From: an uncultured Gammaproteobacteria bacterium | GTDB taxonomy: Bacteria > Patescibacteriota > Microgenomatia > UBA8517 | DNA: 64,000 nucleotides | Reading direction: 5' to 3' | Assembly: GCA_964645605.1 (NCBI GenBank) | Contig: CAZYCE010000001.1 | Span: forward strand, 63 to 64,062 | In this document: positions 19,926 to 30,195 of the stretch, in pieces | Layout of the letters: each line of letters starts with the position of its first letter | Numbering within the stretch: position 1 is the stretch's first letter | The notes under the pieces: model-generated | Databases searched by the model: none | What the model saw: the letters and a program-made list of their open reading frames with translations, nothing else | Told to the model about the DNA's origin: nothing | Translations under genes and position numbers: made by a program

Positions 19926-20798
19926 TTAAAATCCTTTTTCTTTCATTTCTTCAATGACTTCTCTCTGGTTGCGATTTAATTTTTCCGGGACTAACACATT
20001 AATTCTCACATATTCATCTCCTTTTCCTCTTCCGTGAAGATGTGTAACGCCGCGCTCGCGAAGTCTCATCATTGTCCCACTCTGAGTCCCGGGTCTGATC
20101 CTCAATTTTATGTCCCCATCAACAGTTGGAACTTTAATTTCCCCTCCTAAAACTGCTAGAGAATACGGAATTCCTACGGAAACATAAATATCATCATCCT
20201 GCCGTTCAAAAAGCTTGTCCGGTTTGATTCTAACCGAAAGCCTAAAATCTCCAAAATCTATGGTTGCGCCCTCGTAAATTCCTGCCGGGATTTTAATTTT
20301 TCTTTTTTTTCCTTCAATCGAAACTTCTTTTGAAACTCCTTTTACTGCATCCATAAAATCAATGTTGATCGAATAACGTGGTTTCTGCCTTTGGCGTGCT
20401 CCAAATGGCGATCCGCCGCCAAAAAAACTCTCAAAAATATCAAACGGGTCACCAAAACCCATATTCCCAAATGGACTTTCCCCACCACTTGTGTAGGTAT
20501 AGGTAAACGGTCCTCCGCCTCCCCCAAATCCGGCAAACGGATTTCCCTCAGGAGAAGCTCCGCCGGGGGTAAAAGCGGCGTGTCCATATTGGTCATAGGC
20601 AGATCTTTTCTGAGTATCAGAAAGAACCTGATACGCCTCGTTTATCTCTTTAAAACGTTTTTCCGCAGCTTCCTTATTCTCTTTATGCCTATCCGGATGC
20701 CACTCCAAAGCCTGCTTACGATAGGCTTTTTTTATTTCGTCGGCGGAAGCATTTTTTGATATCCCGAGGACGTCATAATAATCAGATTTCGTAGCCAT
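19926..20798 (-). CDS. dnaJ: DnaJ/CbpA-type J-domain chaperone without a zinc finger
   Basis: DYYDVLG, WHPD, G/F-rich region, DnaJ_C; no CxxCxGxG repeats. Confidence 0.9.
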   Translation of the reverse strand: MATKSDYYDVLGISKNASADEIKKAYRKQALEWHPDRHKENKEAAEKRFKEINEAYQVLSDTQKRSAYDQYGHAAFTPGGASPEGNPFAGFGGGGGPFTYTYTSGGESPFGNMGFGDPFDIFESFFGGGSPFGARQRQKPRYSINIDFMDAVKGVSKEVSIEGKKRKIKIPAGIYEGATIDFGDFRLSVRIKPDKLFERQDDDIYVSVGIPYSLAVLGGEIKVPTVDGDIKLRIRPGTQSGTMMRLRERGVTHLHGRGKGDEYVRINVLVPEKLNRNQREVIEEMKEKGF

Positions 20799-20807
20799 TA
20801 AATGAAG

Positions 20808-22727
20808 TTACTCTACTACCTCTCCCTCTTCTACTTTTTCGTCCTTTTTGTCTACATCCTTTGTTTCACCGTCATTTTCTTCCTTCTTTTCTTCGGAAGA
20901 CGGGGAATTATCCTGAGGTTGACCTTGAGCTCCATACATAGACTGGCCTATCTGACTTAGTATATCGGAAAGATCTTTTGTAGCAGCCTCAATATCTTCT
21001 TTTGATGAGTCTTCTTTTTCCGAAATCTCTTTAACTTTCTTGACTTTTTCCTCTACCTTTTCCTTAATATCCGCGGGTACTTTGTCTCCGGCATCTTTCA
21101 ACGCTTTTTCTGCGGTTGCTACCATTGCATCAGCATTATTCTTAACCTTAATTATTTCGGCTTTCTTTTCGTCTTCTTCTTTATGCTTTTCAGCCTCTTC
21201 CTGCATCCTTTTAACCTCATCGTCGGAAAGTCCAACCGCACCAGTAATTTTAATGTTTTGAGTTTTTCCTGTAGCTTTATCTTTAGCTGTGACTGTCAAA
21301 ATACCGGAAGCGTCCATATCAAAGGTAACTTCAACCTGCGGGACACCTCTGGGTGCAGGCGGAATTCCGTCCAAAATAAATGTTCCGAGAGTCTTATTAT
21401 CGGCACTCATTGGGCGTTCTCCCTGAGTTACTACAATTTGAACCTGGGTTTGATTATCGGCAGCGGTTGAGAAAACCTCGGTCTTGCTGGTAGGAACTGT
21501 AGTATTTCTGGGAATCATGGGCGTAGCAACACCTCCCAAAGTCTCAATTGCAAGCGTTAGTGGAGTAACATCCAATAAAAGAATGTCTTTGACCTCTCCT
21601 CCTAAAACTCCTCCCTGAATTGCAGCCCCAACTGCAACCACTTCATCAGGATTTACCGATTGATTTGGGTCTTTGCCAAAGAAGTTTTTAACGGTTTCAA
21701 CAACTTTAGGCATTCTGGTCATTCCACCGACCATAACGACCTCGTTAATATCGTGTGCGTCGAGCTTGGCATCTTTAAGACAAAGTTCAACCGGTTTAAT
21801 TGTCTTTTGAATAAGTTCGTCAACCAAGCTTTCCATTTTAGCCCGAGTGAGCTTCATTGTCAGATGAAGTGGATTTCCGTCTTTCTGGGTTATATAAGGC
21901 TGATTGATCTCGACCTGATCGGCAGCAGATAGCTCTATCTTTGCCTTTTCCGCGGCATCTCTGACTCTTTGAAGCGCCTGTGCGTCTGCCTTAAGATCAA
22001 CGCCGTTTTCTTTCTTAAATTCAGAAACGATATAATCAACTATAACCGCATCAAAATCATCTCCTCCAAGGTGAGTATCGCCGTTTGTAGCTTTAACTTC
22101 AATTACTCCGTCACCAATCTCCAAAATTGAAATGTCAAAAGTACCTCCGCCAAGATCATAAACCGCAATTTTTTCAGAATTTTTCTTATCAAGACCATAG
22201 GCGAGAGCCGCAGCGGTGGGTTCATTTATGATTCTTTCAACTTTAAGTCCCGCAATTTCTCCAGCCTGTTTAGTAGCTTGACGCTGGGCATCATCAAAAT
22301 ATGCCGGAACCGTAATCACGGCTTGTTCTACTTTTTCGCCCAAATACTTTTCCGCATCCTTTTTGAGTTTCATGAGAACTCTGGCTCCGATTTCTTGGGG
22401 AGTGTAGTTCTTACCCTCAATTTCAATGTCCGCCATTCCGTTTTTACCCTCGACAATCCTGTAGGGAACCATTTCTATGGTTCTTTTAACTTCCTTATCT
22501 TCAAAACGTCTTCCCATAAGTCTTTTTGCAGAATAGACCGTGTTTTTTGCATTAAGAATCATTTGGCGTTTGGCAACATCACCCACAAGGTTTTTAACAG
22601 GCTCAACAACAGAAGGAGTTGTGTTTTTTCCGGTATCGATAGCCGGGATCACTTTGGGACGACCTCCCTCCATGACCGCCACACAAGAATTTGTTGTTCC
22701 TAGATCTATCCCGATTATTTTTCCCAT
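20808..22727 (-). CDS. dnaK: Chaperone DnaK
   Basis: [30 protein letters not shown]. Confidence 0.99.
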   Translation of the reverse strand: MGKIIGIDLGTTNSCVAVMEGGRPKVIPAIDTGKNTTPSVVEPVKNLVGDVAKRQMILNAKNTVYSAKRLMGRRFEDKEVKRTIEMVPYRIVEGKNGMADIEIEGKNYTPQEIGARVLMKLKKDAEKYLGEKVEQAVITVPAYFDDAQRQATKQAGEIAGLKVERIINEPTAAALAYGLDKKNSEKIAVYDLGGGTFDISILEIGDGVIEVKATNGDTHLGGDDFDAVIVDYIVSEFKKENGVDLKADAQALQRVRDAAEKAKIELSAADQVEINQPYITQKDGNPLHLTMKLTRAKMESLVDELIQKTIKPVELCLKDAKLDAHDINEVVMVGGMTRMPKVVETVKNFFGKDPNQSVNPDEVVAVGAAIQGGVLGGEVKDILLLDVTPLTLAIETLGGVATPMIPRNTTVPTSKTEVFSTAADNQTQVQIVVTQGERPMSADNKTLGTFILDGIPPAPRGVPQVEVTFDMDASGILTVTAKDKATGKTQNIKITGAVGLSDDEVKRMQEEAEKHKEEDEKKAEIIKVKNNADAMVATAEKALKDAGDKVPADIKEKVEEKVKKVKEISEKEDSSKEDIEAATKDLSDILSQIGQSMYGAQGQPQDNSPSSEEKKEENDGETKDVDKKDEKVEEGEVVE

Positions 22728-22765
22728 AATTTAATTATTATATCTACATTATTCCTCAAATTCAC

Positions 22766-23224
22766 TCAGAATTTCTTTGAAACTTTTACCTTAGCATGCC
22801 TTATTACTCGTCCGTCTTCAAACTTCCATCCAGCTAAAACAAGCTCTGAGATAATATTATCTCGCTCCCCAGCTGTAACTTCAATAGCCTCCATAGTATT
22901 CGCGTCAAACTCATCTCCTACTTTGGGACTGATTTCAACCAAACCTTCTTCATTTAGAACTTTTTTGAATTCCCCTATGCAAATAGCCAAACCCGCGTCG
23001 TTCAGGTGTTCCTGAGCATTCTCAAGATTATCCAAGACGGGTAAAAGTTTTGTTATAACTCCAGCCGAGGCAAATTTGCCGAAAACATCACGCTCACGCT
23101 CAACCCTTTTACTCAAGTTGTCATAATCGGCAAGTGCTCTTGCGAGCATGGTTTTCAGGTTTTCCAATTCCAAATGCTCCCTATCCGTTTTCTTTCCCTG
23201 TGTTTTATTTTTACCTTTTACCAT
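22766..23224 (-). CDS. grpE: Nucleotide exchange factor GrpE
   Basis: RALADYDNL.KR, LLPVLDNLE, VIRHAKVKV; between hrcA and dnaK. Confidence 0.96.
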   Translation of the reverse strand: MVKGKNKTQGKKTDREHLELENLKTMLARALADYDNLSKRVERERDVFGKFASAGVITKLLPVLDNLENAQEHLNDAGLAICIGEFKKVLNEEGLVEISPKVGDEFDANTMEAIEVTAGERDNIISELVLAGWKFEDGRVIRHAKVKVSKKF

Positions 23225-23963
23225 TCGTCTGTTTATTGGCTACCTCTTCAATCATATTTCCAAAATATCTCAAAATCGGGATTACAGTTCCATAATCTGC
23301 TCTTGCCGGGCCAATTACCCCCAAAGCCCCTCTTTTTCCTCTGATATTAAAATGGGTTGAAATGATACCGGTCGGTGCAAGCTCGGGGATTCCCAACTCT
23401 TCGCCAAAAAGCACTTCCAGTGGAGAAGCGGATTCGTATCCAAAAAACAGCCTGTCGAGTTTATCGAATTCATCAAAAATGGAAAACAGGCTTTGGCAGG
23501 TTAAAACATCCGAAAATTCCGGATTTTGAAAAATGTAGGCATGCCCGGCCTGCCAAAACCTATCTTTCTTGTCTTTTAGAGCGGCCACAGAAAGCGATCT
23601 TGTTCTTGCGGCAAGGGCATGTGTAGCTTCATCCATTAGCTCGTCAATATCGTCGCGTGAATCCCAAATTTCCTCTTTAGCCTTGACTTCATCAACAATA
23701 CTCATTTGTTTTTCTTCCATAAGCTGATTTATGAAAAATTTCATTGCGGCCGGAGTGGGAACACGGCCCGATGATGCATGAGGCTGTTTGAGAAAGTTTA
23801 GCTTCGTTAAGGCAGCCATCTCGTTTCTAATGGTTGCCGGGGAAACTCCTAAATTATATTTTTTATCCAAGGCCTCAGACCCCACAGGCTCGGCGGTAGA
23901 AATATACTCGTCGATTATCGTCTTTAAAATCTGTGTCTGCCTTGATGTAAGTCCTTCTGTCAT
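23211..23963 (-). CDS. hrcA: Heat-inducible repressor HrcA (compact)
   Basis: YISTAEPVGS, SPATIRNEM, PHASSGRVPT, LGVIGP. Confidence 0.96.
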   Translation of the reverse strand: MTEGLTSRQTQILKTIIDEYISTAEPVGSEALDKKYNLGVSPATIRNEMAALTKLNFLKQPHASSGRVPTPAAMKFFINQLMEEKQMSIVDEVKAKEEIWDSRDDIDELMDEATHALAARTRSLSVAALKDKKDRFWQAGHAYIFQNPEFSDVLTCQSLFSIFDEFDKLDRLFFGYESASPLEVLFGEELGIPELAPTGIISTHFNIRGKRGALGVIGPARADYGTVIPILRYFGNMIEEVANKQTNGKR

Positions 23964-23985
23964 ATATGTAACAGTGTTTTTACAC

Positions 23986-24012
23986 TTAGCAGTATAATAG
24001 ACCGAGTGCTAA
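23986..24012. promoter_or_regulatory. CIRCE operator of the hrcA-grpE-dnaK-dnaJ operon
   Basis: Minus strand TTAGCACTC-N9-TACTGCTAA versus consensus TTAGCACTC-N9-GAGTGCTAA; overlaps promoter TTGACA(24022-24017)-N17-TATTAT. Confidence 0.9.
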
Positions 24013-24018
24013 AAGTTG

Positions 24019-25746
24019 TCAAGTGCCGCTTTGGGTATCTGTGGTAGGTGTAATAGGTTCCTCTTCCTTGGCCGGTAGGGGCGGTAGTCTGCCCTTAAGT
24101 GCAATCTTTTTAATCAAATTCAGGAAGTGTCTAGCTTCATCGACCTTAAAAAGAAGGGAAAGAAGTAGATATATTAACATCCCAGCAAGAAATGTCACAG
24201 CAGTCAAAATAATTAAGTTTCCCGTATATCGGGTGTCGAGAACGAATTTTTCGAAAGGAAAAGTATGTGTGACCTCAATATTACCCAAAAAAGAAAGTCT
24301 TTTAACCCAAACCGATTTATCAAAAATTTTGAGCATGAAATACATTGTCCCTCCAGAAATTGCCGTTGCAAAAAATATTTTTAATGTATGGGTTATAAAT
24401 TTTAGATTAGCTATTTTTCCGATTTTCTTGTCAATCAAAAATATCAAAACGACTGACTCTACAAAGGTGCTAAAGGCAAAAGATGCAGCAAGGGCCCAAA
24501 TCGGCAGGTGGAATCCTCGCACCAATAGAAAGTCGCCGGTAACCAAAAGGGTAAGACCGATAAGCGAGATTTTTACGGGGGTTTTTGTGTCGTGTAACGC
24601 AAAAAATGAACGGGTCAGAATTGACATTAATGTCTGAAAAACAACCGATACGGCAAAAACCGACAATATTGTCCCCGTTTGGACTGTTGAATTCCAGTCA
24701 AAAATTTTTGTTCCATAAATAAGCCTGACAAAGGGAATTCTTAAAGCAATAAGGGCTGCAGAAAGTGGGAGAGTAAAAAACATCGCCTGATAAATTGCCG
24801 AAAGCAGAATATTTCTAAATTTATTTTTATCCTCACCCACTCCGGAAAGCATAGGAAGAACCGCCTTGGCAAGAGATGTCCCAAAAAGAGTCACTGGCAA
24901 AAGTTGGAGAGAGTTTGCAAAAGTATAGTAAGTATAGGCTGCTTGAGAAATGAGCGAGGAAAGAAAAAGCTCAGCACTTTTTCCGATTTGGTCGAAGGCA
25001 AGATCGATTACCCTGGGAAGAGCCAGTTTTCCGATTTCTTTAACTCCTTCATCAGGTTTGAAATCCCAAGTTAATCTGAAGCCTAGTTTTCTGGAAAGCG
25101 GATATTGGATTATGAAATGGGCAAATGCACCAATTACAACCCCTACGGCAGGAGCTACTAAACCAAGGTGTGGGGTCAGAACAACTGTACCTAAAATTAT
25201 TCCTAGATTATAAAAAATCGGAGCCAGGGCCGGAATCAGAAAACGTTTCGAGGACTCTAAAACTCCTGTCAAAACATAGCTTACCACAAAAAAACCTTGG
25301 GCGACAAAAATTATTCTGGCAAGAAAAGCTATTTGAGCGTTCTCGGCTACCCCATACCCGGGAGCTATAACAGAATAAATTTGTGGGGCAAAAACGCCGA
25401 TAAGAGCCACAGATAAGACAAAGATTGCTAGTCCGATTGATACAACTTTTCCAGCCAAAATCCAGGCTTTTTCCCCTCCTTCTTTCAATGTCTTGGTAAA
25501 AACTGGGATAAAAGCTGAGGAAAAAGTTCCAAAAACTAGAACCTGAAAAATTGCATCGGGAAGTCTGAAAGCGGCAAAGAAAAGAGAAAGCGAATCGGGT
25601 TCAAAATAACTTGCCAGAACCCTCTGTCTGACTAGGCCAAGTATCATGGAAATTGCAATCATCGCCATAATCAAGGTGGCTGCAGAAAGTACGGTGTTCT
25701 GCTGAGAATTTAAGATTTTCTTTCCTTTTACGATTAAGTTCTCCAT
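24019..25746 (-). CDS. murJ: Lipid II flippase MurJ
   Basis: LGLVRQRVLA.YF, AAFRLPD, SSAFIPVF, RSFFALHDTKTP; many TMs; start more likely ATG 25746. Confidence 0.95.
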   Translation of the reverse strand: MENLIVKGKKILNSQQNTVLSAATLIMAMIAISMILGLVRQRVLASYFEPDSLSLFFAAFRLPDAIFQVLVFGTFSSAFIPVFTKTLKEGGEKAWILAGKVVSIGLAIFVLSVALIGVFAPQIYSVIAPGYGVAENAQIAFLARIIFVAQGFFVVSYVLTGVLESSKRFLIPALAPIFYNLGIILGTVVLTPHLGLVAPAVGVVIGAFAHFIIQYPLSRKLGFRLTWDFKPDEGVKEIGKLALPRVIDLAFDQIGKSAELFLSSLISQAAYTYYTFANSLQLLPVTLFGTSLAKAVLPMLSGVGEDKNKFRNILLSAIYQAMFFTLPLSAALIALRIPFVRLIYGTKIFDWNSTVQTGTILSVFAVSVVFQTLMSILTRSFFALHDTKTPVKISLIGLTLLVTGDFLLVRGFHLPIWALAASFAFSTFVESVVLIFLIDKKIGKIANLKFITHTLKIFFATAISGGTMYFMLKIFDKSVWVKRLSFLGNIEVTHTFPFEKFVLDTRYTGNLIILTAVTFLAGMLIYLLLSLLFKVDEARHFLNLIKKIALKGRLPPLPAKEEEPITPTTDTQSGT

Positions 25747-25840
25747 GACTCGTCTTGATATTCTAGCTTCTTTACCATATACTAACAACCACAAAGAAAT
25801 TTTGAATTATAAATAAATTTAAAATTTTGAATTATTTAGT

Positions 25841-26134
25841 ATGCCTGTAACAAAAACAGCCAAAAGAGCCCTTAGAGGTTCTAAAAATAAGGCAGAGGTC
25901 AATAAGCTTTTGACAAAAAAGCTTGAGATTGCTATTCGTGTAGCCAAAAAATCAAAGAAAAGAGAAAATGTTGAGGCAGCAGGGTCTTTGGCCGACCGTG
26001 CAGCCAAAAAACACATTATTCATAAAAACAAGGCTGCTAGAATCAAGTCTCAACTCTCAAAATTGATTTCAGTTAAAGCGGCTCAAAAGGCGATAAAAAG
26101 AGCTCCAAAAGCCACCATAGCTAAGAAAAAATAA
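25841..26134 (+). CDS. rpsT: 30S ribosomal protein S20
   Basis: MPVTKTAKRALR...DRAAKKHIIHKNKAARIKS. Confidence 0.96.
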   Translation: MPVTKTAKRALRGSKNKAEVNKLLTKKLEIAIRVAKKSKKRENVEAAGSLADRAAKKHIIHKNKAARIKSQLSKLISVKAAQKAIKRAPKATIAKKK

Positions 26135-26209
26135 TCCCTTCCTCAAAACACTTCTTTCACGCTTTTACATGTGCTATATTGATTTAAAGCCTTTGGCTAT
26201 ATTCAAACC

Positions 26210-26740
26210 ATGCCCAAAAATAAAGCTATAAACTTACTACCTCAAGAGGAATTTGATGCTTCAACCACAGGCAGGATTTTAAAATGGGCAACTAATACTT
26301 TCCGCATTATTGTTATCGTGACTGAAATGGTTGTTATGGCCGCTTTTTTGTCTCGTTTTTGGCTCGACGCTCAAAACTCTACATTAAATAATGCCATTAG
26401 GGTCAAAAGCGCACAAATTTCCGCCCAAGCAAATCTGGAAAAACAGTTTAGGGGAGTTCAGACAAAATTAGATATTTTTGATAAGCTCAGCGGGGACAAA
26501 AAAATTTCAGATTTGGTAGGTAAAATTACTAGCAAAGTCCCTGCATCTGTCACATTATCGGGAATAACCGTTGGGGAAGGGACTATAAATATTCGCGGTT
26601 TATCTTCATCGGATTTTGACATAGGACAATTTGTCGTAAGTTTACAGGGTGAAACTTTCAAAAGTGTGGAGTTGCAACAAGTTGGTTCGTCACTTACGAG
26701 TCCCGGTGGAACGGATTTTGTAATTGCGATTACATATTAA
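26210..26740 (+). CDS. PilN-like pilus alignment protein
   Basis: N-terminal INLLP motif (the PilM-binding motif of PilN), TM, coiled coil, ferredoxin-like C-domain. Confidence 0.85.
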   Translation: MPKNKAINLLPQEEFDASTTGRILKWATNTFRIIVIVTEMVVMAAFLSRFWLDAQNSTLNNAIRVKSAQISAQANLEKQFRGVQTKLDIFDKLSGDKKISDLVGKITSKVPASVTLSGITVGEGTINIRGLSSSDFDIGQFVVSLQGETFKSVELQQVGSSLTSPGGTDFVIAITY

Positions 26741-26744
26741 AGTT

Positions 26745-27401
26745 ATGGCAACAGGTTGGAGATCATCTTATTACCGGTATAAAGAACTGTTTTTGAATGT
26801 CTCTACTCTTTACAAAAAGAGGTCGGATTTGCGTGCGTTTTTGGAAATTGTTTTATCTATTACGACAGTAATAATATTTTTGCTCTTTGCCTTAAAGCCA
26901 ACCGCACAAACGATTATTAGCCTTGTCGAACAAATTAAGGCTGAAAAGGCAACTCTGGCCGTACTTACCCAAAAAGTAAATGACCTGGAAAAAGCCAGTG
27001 CTCTTCTGACGCAAAACCAAAACTATCTTCCGGATATTGATTTGGCAGTTTCTTCCGCTCCGGCTCCTGAAGTTTTTGCCAAACAAGCCGAAGGGGTAGC
27101 TGTAAAAAATAACGTCAGCATTATTGGACTCTCTATGAACAATATTACTCTTGTGGGAGCTCCCAAAAAGGTAGGTTCACCGGAGAATGTTGAGCCACTA
27201 CCGGGCAACGCCTATGAGATGGCTTACTCAATCGGCGTAAAAGGAAACTATTCCGACATAGACAGTTTTCTAAAAAATCTTGAGAGCCTGAGGGTAATAT
27301 CCAGAATTGACAGCGTCTCAATTACCTCTTCCGTCGGGGATGCAGGAAGAGTTATAGTGGCTGTAATTTCCGGACGTATCCCATATGTGGGCAGTAACTA
27401 A
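26745..27401 (+). CDS. PilO-like protein
   Basis: TM, coiled coil, then VKGNY.DI..FL.NLE.L.....I (PilO/GspM pattern); follows the PilN-like gene; start ATG 26745. Confidence 0.8.
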   Translation: MATGWRSSYYRYKELFLNVSTLYKKRSDLRAFLEIVLSITTVIIFLLFALKPTAQTIISLVEQIKAEKATLAVLTQKVNDLEKASALLTQNQNYLPDIDLAVSSAPAPEVFAKQAEGVAVKNNVSIIGLSMNNITLVGAPKKVGSPENVEPLPGNAYEMAYSIGVKGNYSDIDSFLKNLESLRVISRIDSVSITSSVGDAGRVIVAVISGRIPYVGSN

Positions 27402-27405
27402 ATAT

Positions 27406-27729
27406 ATGAAAAAACCGGCACTTCCAAAACCCGTAACAATACTCATTTTGACTCTTCTTACAGTTATTTTGTGGGTGGGCTTAAGTATCTATAGGACTTT
27501 TACCATAAAACCAACCCCGCAGGTGCCTGAGGAAATTTCCAAACCCCTAACTCCCGTTCTTAATACAAACACCATTCAAAAAATCGAATCTAGCCTGTAT
27601 ATACCAGATTCGGAAGTGCCTCGGTTAGACGCTGTAGGAACACCGTCGATGATACAGCCTACCGAATCTCCCATACCAACAGCCACTCCGGAAGCGACAT
27701 CTAGCGCTTCATCCAACCAAGAAATATGA
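27406..27729 (+). CDS. Small TM-anchored protein with a Pro/Thr tail, in the PilP position
   Basis: N-terminal TM, PTESPIPTATP tail; ATGA overlap with the next gene. Confidence 0.7.
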   Translation: MKKPALPKPVTILILTLLTVILWVGLSIYRTFTIKPTPQVPEEISKPLTPVLNTNTIQKIESSLYIPDSEVPRLDAVGTPSMIQPTESPIPTATPEATSSASSNQEI

Positions 27730-29087
27730 TTAAGAAATATAAAATACCAACAATTGTCGGAATGCTACTGCTTTTTGGTGGAGTTTTTGCGGGAGTCGTT
27801 CTTTTAAAAAACAACCAAATTTTTAGAATAGGAGCCAGCGTCACGGCTACACCCAAAGATGTCAGAATCAGCAATATTTCAGACTCATCAGCCACAATTA
27901 CTTGGCTTACTGAAGATTTAACAACCGGTTTTATCATTTATGGAGACAGTCAAAATGTAAATACGTCTGCCAATGAATCGCTCGATGATGCGAAATATAC
28001 CACCCATAGCGTTACAATTACGGGTCTCGCTCCCGATACAAATTATTATTTCAAAATTAATTCGGAAGCCACCGTTTTTGATAATAATGGTGTTCCTTGG
28101 CAATTTACAACAGGAAAGAATTTGGGGGCGAAACAATCATCTATTCCAATTTCCGGCGCACTGATTTCAGCAAGCGGTGAGCCTGTTGGCAGGGCAATTA
28201 TCTACATAATCGTAAACGGATATACCCTTTCTACCTTAACCTCTGAAAGCGGCAATTTTGTCTTACAACTCGGTGCAGCCCGTAGTCCCGATCTCTCCGC
28301 TTATGCCCAAATTGAACCGGCAAAAACACTTTTGGAAGTTTCTGCAATTACAGGAACAGGAGAGTCCGCAACCGCCAAAATATTTCCGCAATCTGCCGAC
28401 CCCATTCCGACCTTGGTTCTCGGCCAGGATCGAGATTTCAGAAGCCTTCCTCCGTCCAGTGATGGATTAAATCCAAACGTAGACTTAAGTTTACCTGAAG
28501 GGGCCAGTTCCGAATCGAAATTTAATGTGAGCGGAGAAAAAGCTTTGCCCTCAACCAACGTTACGCTGGAGAGTATCACGGAAGGAGAAACCGTGACAAG
28601 TAATAAACCTGAATTCTTTGGTGGCGGTCCAACTGGGGAAAAAATAACCATCACCATCCACTCTGAGGCCGAAATTACCGGTACAACAACCATTTCGCCA
28701 AACGGTTCCTGGAAGTGGTCTCCACCAACAAATCTTTCAGCAGGAGCACATTCAGTAACCATTTCCTGGATTGATACTGCCGGAATTACAAGAACCCTAA
28801 CCAGAAATTTTGTGGTACAGGCAGGCGAGCTACCCGCTTTTGAGGCAACGCCTACGGCGACGCCCATAAAAACAAAAACACCTACCCCCAAACCAACGGC
28901 GACAACCGGTACCAGCCCATCGGCAACACCTACAGCAACTAAAACCCGGACACCAAGACCAACCGGTACTTTAACCCCTGAAACACTTCCGGAGTCAGGG
29001 AGCTTGACTCCGACTATTTTACTATTTATGATGGGAATAGGTATCTTAGCCTTTAGTTTTTATACGTGGAAGGTATCTAGAGATTAA
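27726..29087 (+). CDS. Surface protein: FN3-like and Ig-like domains, Thr/Pro stalk, LPESG sorting signal
   Basis: N-terminal TM; SATITW.T...H.V.ITGL.P.T.YYFKI (FN3); G.WKWSP..LS.G.HSV (Ig-like); C-terminal LPESG + hydrophobic helix + KVSRD. Confidence 0.85.
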   Translation: MIKKYKIPTIVGMLLLFGGVFAGVVLLKNNQIFRIGASVTATPKDVRISNISDSSATITWLTEDLTTGFIIYGDSQNVNTSANESLDDAKYTTHSVTITGLAPDTNYYFKINSEATVFDNNGVPWQFTTGKNLGAKQSSIPISGALISASGEPVGRAIIYIIVNGYTLSTLTSESGNFVLQLGAARSPDLSAYAQIEPAKTLLEVSAITGTGESATAKIFPQSADPIPTLVLGQDRDFRSLPPSSDGLNPNVDLSLPEGASSESKFNVSGEKALPSTNVTLESITEGETVTSNKPEFFGGGPTGEKITITIHSEAEITGTTTISPNGSWKWSPPTNLSAGAHSVTISWIDTAGITRTLTRNFVVQAGELPAFEATPTATPIKTKTPTPKPTATTGTSPSATPTATKTRTPRPTGTLTPETLPESGSLTPTILLFMMGIGILAFSFYTWKVSRD

Positions 29088-29091
29088 TTTA

Positions 29092-30192
29092 ATGCCCAGT
29101 CAAAATCAGCCGGATCCCAATCAAAACCAGCAACAGGATGGTCTTGGGTCTATTCCTTTTTCTCCACAGGCAGATTTACCTCCAATGCCTTCCGGACCTC
29201 AGACCCCCGATATTGCCGTGCCGACCCCACCCTCTGCCGATACAGAATCTCTTCCACCGATTGCCCCAGTCCAGCCAGAGGTAAATTCTGGGTCCGCCGC
29301 ACCACCACCAGCTTTTTCCAATATAACTTCTTCTCCCAAGAAAAAATTCGGTACCGGTAAAATAATTGCCACAATTCTTGGAATATTTGTGCTTGTTGGG
29401 GGGGTTGCCGCAGCAACATTAACAATCAACCAAAAACAACTTTTCCAACAAAAAGCGACTAACTTTGATTGTGGCGATGATGATCCAAGTAATTCATGTG
29501 TGCCTGAACTCCAATGCCCCTCAGGAGGTAGTCGTTCCGGAAATTGTGTTAATTTCGGCGATGTTTGTTGTCATTTACCGAGTCCAACCCCTAAGAGTGG
29601 GTGGGGAACAAATAAAGAGTGTAGAAATGTTCCTGGAACAACCGGAGATCATTGTATTTTAATTACTTGTCCTAATGGATGTGTGGACGGCTGTGGTGAG
29701 AATGCCCCTGGAGCCACAGTCAAGTCAGGAGACTGTAGTACACTGGCAAAGGAAGTTACCGGTATCTGTGGTCAGGTCGATTTGGTTAACGCTAATGGGG
29801 TTTACTGTGACACAGCTTCAACCAATGCCCAAATAAACTGTCCCCAACCAAAATGCAAAGTAACTACACCTCCCCCCAACACCACACCCACGCCTGCCGC
29901 GCCATACTGTGCATCAATTAAAACTTACAATTCGGGCTGGGTACTGATTCCTTCGGAAAATCTGCCTTCACTCACGTCTGGGACAACAATATATTTCTGC
30001 GTGAAAGGGACGGCTCCCTCAGGATCTTTTGATAAGGCGCGTTTCACAATTAACGGCACTCAACTTACTGCAACCACGCTTCAAAGGCCTGATCATGCAG
30101 ATCAATTTTGCCAGTCATACACAATTCCAAGTGGCACAACGACTTTTACCGTCACCGGGCAAATACACCACACAACATTAGGGTGGTTCTAG
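29092..30192 (+). CDS. Membrane-anchored Cys-rich protein with a Pro-rich N-terminus
   Basis: About 85-aa Pro/Gln-rich head, KKKF, TM, ectodomain with 19 Cys. Confidence 0.8.
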   Translation: MPSQNQPDPNQNQQQDGLGSIPFSPQADLPPMPSGPQTPDIAVPTPPSADTESLPPIAPVQPEVNSGSAAPPPAFSNITSSPKKKFGTGKIIATILGIFVLVGGVAAATLTINQKQLFQQKATNFDCGDDDPSNSCVPELQCPSGGSRSGNCVNFGDVCCHLPSPTPKSGWGTNKECRNVPGTTGDHCILITCPNGCVDGCGENAPGATVKSGDCSTLAKEVTGICGQVDLVNANGVYCDTASTNAQINCPQPKCKVTTPPPNTTPTPAAPYCASIKTYNSGWVLIPSENLPSLTSGTTIYFCVKGTAPSGSFDKARFTINGTQLTATTLQRPDHADQFCQSYTIPSGTTTFTVTGQIHHTTLGWF

Positions 30193-30195
30193 AAT

